32,000 nt of DNA from Pyrobaculum aerophilum str. IM2. GTDB taxonomy: Archaea > Thermoproteota > Thermoprotei > Thermoproteales > Thermoproteaceae. Positions 25,069 through 32,000 of this stretch are shown here, one piece after another (within the stretch, counting starts at the first letter, position 1; each line of letters opens with the position of its first letter). The DNA is taken from positions 1,650,001-1,682,000 of the forward strand of contig NC_003364.1 of assembly GCF_000007225.1 (NCBI RefSeq), given 5' to 3'. The translations under genes were made by a program, and so were the position numbers. Below the pieces are notes generated by a model. That model was given only the letters and a program-made list of their open reading frames with translations. It did no database searches and was not told where the DNA came from.

Positions 25069-25500
25069 TTATTGTTTTTCGCTTACTTGTTTGAGGTTTT
25101 CTTCCATGCAACTGCCCATGGCTTTTAAAATTGTTAGCATGATGCCCATTGCCTTCTGCACCTCTGGATCTCTCATGGCGCTTAGGAGGCCCATTAGCCC
25201 AACCCTCGGGGCGCCGTTTTCCGCTATCTGTCTCAACGCCTTGCTTGTACACGTCACGCCGCCTTGCATGGCGGCTCCCATGGCGTTAAGATCCGCCGAG
25301 TCCATTATCGCAAGCATTGAGATCAAGGGCGCGGCTACTTTAAACACTTGTATGTCGGCCATGAGGTGCGGCAGTTTTTCCAGGATAATTTTAACTGGTA
25401 GCAAGAGGGAACTCAGCTCCTCCACCTCTTTTCTCAACGCCGCCACCTCAGCTAGGAGCCGCTCGTAATCGGCCTTGGGTATTGTGACTACCTCTGTCAT
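25069..25500 (-). CDS. DUF1641-like protein (commonly paired with SQR/NADH-dehydrogenase-type flavoproteins)
   Basis: 143 aa. An N-terminal coiled coil, then GLMGLLSAMRDPEVQKAMGIMLTILKAMG, which resembles the DUF1641 C-terminal pattern as I recall it. ATGA overlap with the flavoprotein gene. Confidence 0.6.
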   Translation of the reverse strand: MTEVVTIPKADYERLLAEVAALRKEVEELSSLLLPVKIILEKLPHLMADIQVFKVAAPLISMLAIMDSADLNAMGAAMQGGVTCTSKALRQIAENGAPRVGLMGLLSAMRDPEVQKAMGIMLTILKAMGSCMEENLKQVSEKQ

Positions 25501-26657
25501 GGCACTACTCCCAATAGCCAGTTGAAATATATTTTCTCAAACATCTCTTTGAATATCCTCGTCACTGGCGAGGGCGGTAGGAACATGCAGTCTGGATAGG
25601 GCTTTTGTTTCTTTACAAAGGGGGTGAAGTCGCAGGCCGCGGCCATGCCAAATGCGCCCACGTCAAGCGCGCACGTTCCCACTATTCTAAACGGCGGCTT
25701 GCCTATTGAAATCCCAGCTAAATCGGCCACTATATTGCTCACTACCCAAGGAGAGTAGCTGTGTAGAATTGTTCCCGCCATGCCAACGGGGACGTTCGGC
25801 GCGGCGACATCGCCTATTACGTACACATCGTCGTATTTCTCGCTTCTGAAATCGCCGTTTGCAGGACTGCGTGGAGCCGCCCAGCCGTTTTTAGCCAAGT
25901 CGCTATTTAAAACAGGATCGGGGGCTTTGTGCGGCGGGACGATAAACGCGGCGTCGAATTTCACCCTCTCCCCAGTAGTCGTCTCAAGCTCGTTTTTGCC
26001 GAGGCTTTTAATAGCCACGCCCTGGCCGACGCCTATATACTCAATGCCTAATTGCTGGAGGAAGCCGGACATCCACTTAGCCGCCATTGGGCCGAAGTTT
26101 TCAAACGGCCTCTTCATTGGGTGAACCACTGTGATTTTCACCTTGTCCCTCAGCCCCCTGGTGAGGTAGTAGAAGTGAGTTAACATGGCGAGCTCTATTG
26201 GGGCCGGCGGGCAACGATACGGCAGTGAGTAGACGCCTATCACCACGTGGCCGCTCTTGACTTGGGCCAGCGTCTCGGCGACTTTTAGCGACGGCTCTAA
26301 CTCCCAAGTGTGCGGAAATCCCGTGTCTACAGTCTCGGCGCCGAGGGCCACCACTAAATCGTCATATGTGAAATCGCCAGCGGTGGTTGAGACTTTTCTA
26401 TTAGCCGGGTCTATTTTAGTCACCTTTGCCTTTACGAAATTAATTTGGCGCCTCTTTAAGTACTCAAGGGGTACGCTTATTTGCTCGGGCTTTCTATAGC
26501 CAAAAGCCACATATAAATATGAGGGGCGGAAATCAGTCCTATCCTTTTGGTCTATTACGGTTATCTCCACTTCCCCTGGGCCTAGCAACTCCCTCACCTC
26601 TTTTGAAATTATTAAGCCGCCCGTGCCGCCGCCCAGGACTAAAAGTTTTTTTGGCAT
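25497..26657 (-). CDS. FAD-dependent pyridine nucleotide-disulfide oxidoreductase, sulfide:quinone oxidoreductase-like
   Basis: N-terminal KKLLVLGGGTGG dinucleotide fold, a YRCPPAPIE cysteine motif of the SQR type, and a second FAD motif VYVIGDVA. ATG 26657 preferred over GTG 26675, because CTTTAAATAC on the minus strand (26676..26685) is ~24 nt upstream of it. Confidence 0.75.
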   Translation of the reverse strand: MPKKLLVLGGGTGGLIISKEVRELLGPGEVEITVIDQKDRTDFRPSYLYVAFGYRKPEQISVPLEYLKRRQINFVKAKVTKIDPANRKVSTTAGDFTYDDLVVALGAETVDTGFPHTWELEPSLKVAETLAQVKSGHVVIGVYSLPYRCPPAPIELAMLTHFYYLTRGLRDKVKITVVHPMKRPFENFGPMAAKWMSGFLQQLGIEYIGVGQGVAIKSLGKNELETTTGERVKFDAAFIVPPHKAPDPVLNSDLAKNGWAAPRSPANGDFRSEKYDDVYVIGDVAAPNVPVGMAGTILHSYSPWVVSNIVADLAGISIGKPPFRIVGTCALDVGAFGMAAACDFTPFVKKQKPYPDCMFLPPSPVTRIFKEMFEKIYFNWLLGVVP

Positions 26658-26700
26658 GTAGTGAAAAAATTGCACAGTATTTAAAGATATTTATTCGGGA

Positions 26701-26716
26701 TGTACATGTGTGTACA
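26701..26716. promoter_or_regulatory. tandem palindromic hexamers TGTACA-TGTG-TGTACA upstream of the SQR-like promoter
   Basis: Read directly. Lies ~15-30 nt upstream (minus-strand sense) of the TATA-like box, between the NrfD-like stop and the SQR-like start. Confidence 0.35.
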
Positions 26717-26728
26717 AAAAAATAAGGT

Positions 26729-27559
26729 TTATGGGAAGGCCCAGGCGCCCCAGAGGAGCAAAGAGGCTCTTATTAAAAACACAGCCGCAATGGCCAACGC
26801 CCCGCCTAGCGCTACAGCAGGCTTTTTGTTAACAGCGGAGAGGGCTGTGGCTATCACTGCCAATATCAACCCGCCTATAGTTAAGGGATCCGCCGACGCT
26901 CCCGCGGCGCTGAACGCGGCGGCGGCAGGGCCTATTGACGATAAGTGTAAGTGGACGCCGTAGGTCAACGCCGCCATGCCTGAGCCGATTGCTATCCACC
27001 TCCCAGTCTCAACTCTGCCCAATAGCCCGTATAGCCCGCTTCCTGCGGCGAGGCCCATGAACAGCGCGAGTATAGGCACGGCGGCTGAGTGCCAGAACGG
27101 AATTCCCCTTTCATACGCCAGCACAAGCCCTGTGTACAGTGCGACGTACACGCCGAAAGCCGCCATTAACACCCCTAGAGCGTCCATTACCGCCTTGCTA
27201 CGGCCCCAGACGGCGATGTTTTTCAGCGGCTTTACTAACGGCAGAGTAAACAGCAGAGACCACAGGATCAACAGGGAGATCCCCGTAGCGCCCCACACCA
27301 TCCAGCTCGATAAATTCGCGCTTGGGTTGAATATAGGCAGTACTAACAAGCCGGCAGTGGGGGGTTTCAATAGCTCAGATGCCAGAATGGCTAGCGAAAT
27401 CGCCGGAAGCAAAATGCCCAAAACGCCACCGACAGTTGCATATTTTAATTCGCCCCTTCTCCAGTAGTAGTAAGCCCAAACAACGGCGAAGCTAGCAATA
27501 GCTAATAGAGTCATCTCAACAGCAACAGGCCAACTCCAGACGGTGTTGCGCACAATCAT
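26729..27559 (-). CDS. NrfD/PsrC-type membrane anchor subunit of the molybdopterin oxidoreductase
   Basis: 276 aa with about eight TM helices. 4-nt overlap with the FeS subunit gene. Position and hydrophobicity pattern typical of PsrC/NrfD. Confidence 0.75.
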   Translation of the reverse strand: MIVRNTVWSWPVAVEMTLLAIASFAVVWAYYYWRRGELKYATVGGVLGILLPAISLAILASELLKPPTAGLLVLPIFNPSANLSSWMVWGATGISLLILWSLLFTLPLVKPLKNIAVWGRSKAVMDALGVLMAAFGVYVALYTGLVLAYERGIPFWHSAAVPILALFMGLAAGSGLYGLLGRVETGRWIAIGSGMAALTYGVHLHLSSIGPAAAAFSAAGASADPLTIGGLILAVIATALSAVNKKPAVALGGALAIAAVFLIRASLLLWGAWAFP

Positions 27560-28254
27560 AGCTCCCCCACGTAATAAACTCTTCCACCAGTCTTTAAATC
27601 TGGCCTAGCTAGCCTGGCCACGCCTTTGCGTACTAAATCTGCCACAGGATCGTTGGGATTGTCCAAATCGCCGAATAATCTTGAGCCAGTTGGACAAACC
27701 TCAACACAAGCCGGCGTCCATAACTTCCCATCGCCTTTATACCGGTGGTAGCAGAATGTACATTTATCCACAGAGTCAATTCTAAACGCCCATTTGTTTG
27801 GCACTGGCGATTTGAATAATACCCCGCCATATTGCGTAACCTCTTCAACCTCTTTAACAAGCGGCTTGTTCTCAGCCTCATGCCATTCATGCGGCTCAGG
27901 TCTATAACGAGAGCCATATGGACAGGCGATAATGCAGTATCCACAGCCTATACATAGATCTTTATCAATTAACACAACGCCCTCTGGAGTCTTGTAGGTT
28001 GCACCAGTTGGACAGACTCTTTGACACGGGGTATCCTCACAGTGGTAACACAACGAGGATATGAACTTCCTATACGGCTTGCCGTCATAGCCCTCCCTCC
28101 ACTCAACCCAAGTCCTCAATTTCACTGTCTGCGGCTTCCCCTGGTTAGACGGGCGCGCCGCTGTGAATACCTGGCCGTATTCAATAATACACGCGGCTAC
28201 GCAGGCGCGGCACCCAACGCATTTATTTATGTCAATGACAAATACCGGCCTCAT
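27556..28254 (-). CDS. 4Fe-4S ferredoxin-type electron-transfer subunit (PsrB/DmsB/TtrB-like)
   Basis: Four cluster motifs: CVGCRACVAAC, CYHCEDTPCQRVCP, CIGCGYCIIACP, CTFC...CVEVCP. 4-nt overlaps on both sides. Confidence 0.9.
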   Translation of the reverse strand: MRPVFVIDINKCVGCRACVAACIIEYGQVFTAARPSNQGKPQTVKLRTWVEWREGYDGKPYRKFISSLCYHCEDTPCQRVCPTGATYKTPEGVVLIDKDLCIGCGYCIIACPYGSRYRPEPHEWHEAENKPLVKEVEEVTQYGGVLFKSPVPNKWAFRIDSVDKCTFCYHRYKGDGKLWTPACVEVCPTGSRLFGDLDNPNDPVADLVRKGVARLARPDLKTGGRVYYVGEL

Positions 28255-31200
28255 AGCCCACCCACTTTACTAACTTCTACCACTGTATTGCCCATAAGCC
28301 CCGGCGTGCCCAGCCTCCCGGCCATCAGCGCATTGAAGTAATTGTCGTCGCTAACACCAGATCTCAAATTGGCTAGCTTCTCCCCCTTGACTCTAAGCCT
28401 CCCCTTCGGCACAAGCCAGTAGTGGTATATTGCTATGACGTCTGGCCTTACCATAGACGTAACTTTAACTCTAAATCTCGCAACTGGCGCTTCCCCAACT
28501 CCCACGGATTTAAGCTGTTCTAAAACCTTCGGCGCGGCGGGCCTTACCTCTATAACGTCGCCGTCGTTTATGCCGAGTTTTGCCGCTGTCTCGGGATGGA
28601 TCCACGCGGTAAGTAACTCGTCGGGAGTCAAGGTGTTTAACAACATATTGTTTTGAGTATGGCTGTGGGTGTGAGTATAGGGGGCGTGGCGGTAGACGAG
28701 CAACAGCCTATTCGGCGGATCGGGCGGCACGAGGCCGTTGACTTCAATATCGGGCGTCGGCGCTGAAAGGGCCCACATATAATCGGGCCTGGCCATTCCG
28801 GCGTAGAGAGGCACTGGCGAGAACAAGGGATCAACGCCGCTCTTCGCGCCCTCTATGTCGGAGGGGTCGATGCTTGTGGCGGGCCTCCCGAATACTCTCA
28901 TTACGTCGTAGGCTAGGTTAATGCTGTAGATCTCCACCTTGCCGCTGGGAGTTGGCAGAGGCGCGGCGCCTTGTGTAAATGGAGAGTCGTAGTGGACAAC
29001 GCGCCAAAGCCACTCCTCTTTGTCAACCGTGTACTGGACGGGCTTAAACACGTGGACTCTTACTCTAACCTCTCTGCCAAGGGCTTTGCTCCAAGGCTCG
29101 TCTACAACGACCTCAAGCCTCCCAGTGGGCACTAATACCATGTAGCCGCCCATTTTATACAAGTCGTCGACTGTCGGCGCCCTTACCTCGCCCTTTTCGT
29201 CTATAATTCTAATACGCCTCATGGTCGCGTTGATAAACGCCTTTAGCTTTGTCAATGGGAATATGCCCTCTTCTGTAATCAGCCCCACTGGCATGTTATT
29301 AGACCAGTCAGTGCCGTCGCGCGCCTTTACGCCCATTTGTTGCAACCTCCTGGCTATCATTAACAAGACCTCAAATATAGTCCTCCCGTCTCTAGACCTG
29401 AACTTCTTGTCAAGCTCGCCCTCCTTTTCCCCTGTTGCAATCTATTCATATACTCTTCGTAATACCACGGGAATCTCACTGAGATCGCGGGAAATGGCGA
29501 AAACGGGCCTGGGAGGGCTAGGTCCATGCGCTCGGGATAGGGTATGTCGGGCAGAATTATATCAGCAAAGGCAGTTGTGTCGTTGAATTGAACGTCGTGG
29601 ACAATTAATAAGTCCAAATTCCTAAATATCTCCTCCACTAGTCTGCTGTTGCCTATCTGCGGAATGGGGTTAGAGCCTGTTATAAACACCACCTTTGTCT
29701 TAAAGGGCTTGCCGTGTACTACGCTTTCGTACAGCGCTTGGACTGTGTCGTAGGGGTAGAGGTAGCCCCTCTTCTCGGCCTCTATAGCCCACTCCTCCAC
29801 TAAGGCGGGTACTGGCGCCGCGCCGCGGTCAGAGGGGCCTGGCAACGGCGGGGCTAGCGGAATTGCGTATATAGCCGGCAGATTCGCCGAGATGTATTCA
29901 GAGAAGGTCATGCCGCGTATAGTCTTATAAGGCACATCTTTTCTCGTATATTTCAACACCTTTGTGTATATCCCTGCATACGGCATAATTAAGTGTGTTA
30001 ATAGGAAGATCCCGCCCGGCTGTTGTATTCTGCCGAGAAGCGCGAGGAGTATTCCCACGGCTCTCCACGTCTGCGGAGAATTGCTATAACGGGGGTCGTG
30101 CCACCCTATTGGGGCAACCGCTCTGTATTTGGCGACTATTTCCGCCGCCTTTTTAAGGTCGTCGATATTCACATCGGCCTCTCTCGCCGCGGCCTCAAAG
30201 TAGTCCTCCACGCCGTGTTTTTTAGCAAGCGCCGCGAGATTCGCGTCTACCCACTCTTTTAATATAGTCAACGCCGTTTTCACCCTCGCTACAGTCCCGT
30301 CTCTAAGCTGGACTTCAAACTGGCCAAATAACGCGGCCGTCTTTGCCACGGCGTCTGGTGCCGGGGCGTTAGTTGCCAAGTCCCACACTACGTACGCAAA
30401 ACCGGCGGGCTCTGCCATATTATATTTATCCCAGGCCACCTCAGAGGCCAATAGCGGCAACCCGTTCTCTTTTATTAAAAACGGCGCATTGGTAAATGTC
30501 CTTAAATAGTGCTCTACGTAGTAGCCGTTGTCGAGGACGTATTTAATAAAGGCCAGGAGGACAGCTAAATCCGTGCCAGGCTTCACTGGAAGCCACACCG
30601 TGGCGTAAGACGCCGTTTCGTCAAACACCGGGCTTAATACTACTAACTTAGCGCCTTTTTTCACCGCCTCCATAAACCGCCACGTGTCTGATACCACGCC
30701 TGCGCCAATTACGTTTCTCCTAATTACGAGTATTGCCTCTGCCTCTTTGTAGTCAACGCATACAGTATGGGCTTGGTGTCCGTGGCCCCACGTAACCCAG
30801 TGGCCGAGGTAGCGGGGATATGTGCAGTACGGGTTGTCAAAAGTTATTTGACCACAGCCGTAGGTATCTGCAAATCTGCGGATGGAAACAGCGGCGCGCA
30901 TAGACGCCGTTGGGCCCCAAGCGCCGAAGAGAAACGTCATTGCGTGCCGCTCGTTATTGTCGGCTAGTTCTTTAAGCTTCTTAGCAATGATCTCAATTGC
31001 TGTTTTCCAGTCAACTTCCACCATGTCGTCATACCCCCCGCGGCTCTGCATTAACTGCCTCTTAGCCTCCTCCCAGCTTATTTTGCCCTCTACCCAGTCG
31101 ACTAGAGCCCTCCTCGCCATGGGCTTCTTAATGGCGTCTGGGTTGAGCCACGCCGTGAAAGTGCCCGAGACACCCCTAGCGCATATCCCCATGGCGCTAG

Positions 31201-31462
31201 TGGGGGCGTTGGTATTAGGCCTTATCCTAACGGGCTTTCCATTTACTACGTTGATATATATGGCGCACTGCGCCATACACATGCCGCATATTGAGGGAAT
31301 AGAGACGATATTTGCCGCGGGCGCCTCGGCCTTTGCGCTAGCCGCCTCAGCCGCCGCTTTTAATAAAATTCCCGACACGCCTCCCAATACGCCAATAGTA
31401 ATGCCTGTTTTCAAAACATCTCTTCTAGATATAGACGTACGCTGCATTAATTCTTCAATCAA
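28251..31462 (-). pseudogene. Tat-exported molybdopterin (bis-MGD) oxidoreductase catalytic subunit, Psr/Phs/Ttr/Arr-type, split by a frameshift
   Basis: ORF 29360..31462 has a twin-arginine signal (SISRRDVLKTG) and an N-terminal FeS motif CGMCMAQC. ORF 28251..29366 continues the same protein in the adjacent frame. Both frames are open only in 29363..29441, which contains an A4/G4 run on the coding strand (29425..29432). Adding one nt gives ...NRLQQGKKEGELDKKFRSRDGRTIFEVLLMIARRLQQ..., about 1,090 aa. The true start may be ATG 31447 (MQRTSISRRD) rather than TTG 31462. Confidence 0.85.
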
Positions 31463-31541
31463 TATAAACTGTGTTATTCACTTTGTACATCTAAAGGAAA
31501 AGAAGTATATTCAGTGAAAAATCATGTACACTGTATATAAT

Positions 31542-31979
31542 TTAATCGCAGTTTACTTTTATGAACTCCTGCCACTCCTCGCTCTTACAACCTATTCCCG
31601 CAAAGAGTCCCTTCACAGTGTCCCTTACTTGCGGATCGTTTGCGCGAAATGTGTCGGGACTAACTCTGTACACGCCCATTACCTGGGGCCCTATTCTTGC
31701 CATAATGTCAAGAAATTCTTTTGGCTTGTAATAAGCCTTGAGAAGCATTCCTGCATTAACTCCCACTTCATAACCCGCGCGGCCGATGCCTATATTCCGC
31801 GCTATTCTGCAAATGTGGATCATATCAAGTGGATCATACCCGTGATCTACTGCGTCTATTACAGCTGAGAAAACTGCAGAGATCACCTCGGAAGGCCTCC
31901 TCCCTATTTTTCTTATTTTTAAAGAAAACTCTTCAGCAATAGATCTCTCAACGGCAATTCTCGCATATTTTGAAGGCAT
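31542..31979 (-). CDS. hypothetical protein with possible N-terminal ribbon-helix-helix (CopG-like) segment
   Basis: 145-aa ORF immediately upstream of, and co-directional with, the Mo-enzyme operon. N-terminus KYARIAVERSIAEEFSLKIRKIGRRPSEVISAVFSAVID has a beta-alpha-alpha RHH-like pattern. Assignment is weak. Confidence 0.5.
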   Translation of the reverse strand: MPSKYARIAVERSIAEEFSLKIRKIGRRPSEVISAVFSAVIDAVDHGYDPLDMIHICRIARNIGIGRAGYEVGVNAGMLLKAYYKPKEFLDIMARIGPQVMGVYRVSPDTFRANDPQVRDTVKGLFAGIGCKSEEWQEFIKVNCD

Positions 31980-32000
31980 GGATTTTATTGTACATCACAT

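Noticed and set aside
25058-25252. 65-codon N-terminal extension of the SDR ORF
   Set aside because: It overlaps the DUF1641-like gene in another frame and is K/R/G/H-rich. The Rossmann motif normally begins a few residues after the start, which fits GTG 25057.
29425-29432. Programmed -1 ribosomal frameshift at G-GGG-AAA-A in the Mo-enzyme gene
   Set aside because: The run is not positioned as an X-XXY-YYZ heptamer in the zero frame; tRNA re-pairing would need GAA for a Lys tRNA. I saw no obvious downstream stimulatory structure. Two other genes show similar one-nt defects at non-slippery sites, so a simple indel is more parsimonious.
1-32000. CRISPR arrays, rRNA genes, transposases / IS elements
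   Set aside because: No regularly spaced direct repeats, no rRNA-like sequence, and no DDE/IS200-type or integrase-type ORF were seen anywhere in the window.

Overview
This 32-kb window looks like chromosomal DNA from a hyperthermophilic crenarchaeon of the Thermoproteales / Pyrobaculum type. That assignment is an inference from five signals: TATA-like boxes centred about 25 nt upstream of start codons with no room for a leader; many GTG/TTG starts; 4-nt ATGA overlaps between genes; an intron-containing initiator tRNA; and four PaREP1/PaREP8-like genes. I support about 36 protein genes and one tRNA. Recognisable content: a Ras-like small GTPase cassette, a DHH/DHHA1 phosphoesterase, SppA and HtrA proteases, a cupin, an M20 deacylase (LysK/ArgE-like), a KaiC-like ATPase, a SAM methyltransferase, a YjjX-type NTPase, pdxS-pdxT, a CoA-transferase with a poly-ferredoxin, vapBC, and a respiratory/sulfur block. 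That block holds a Tat-exported molybdopterin oxidoreductase (ABC subunits), an SQR-like flavoprotein, a DUF1641-like protein and an SDR. Most notable observations: (1) three genes each broken by an apparent single-nucleotide deletion, namely the Mo catalytic subunit, the DHH phosphoesterase, and a secreted protein separated from its signal peptide; (2) an AT-rich island directly 3' of the initiator tRNA encoding a protein with two LAGLIDADG-like motifs; (3) a translationally coupled three-gene small-GTPase cassette; (4) HEPN-like PaREP paralogs, one inverted pair of which brackets pdxST; (5) unexplained non-coding stretches at 9.57-10.02 kb, 14.46-14.92 kb and 15.47-16.36 kb. No CRISPR array, rRNA or transposase was seen. 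All functional calls rest on motif reading by eye; no searches were run.
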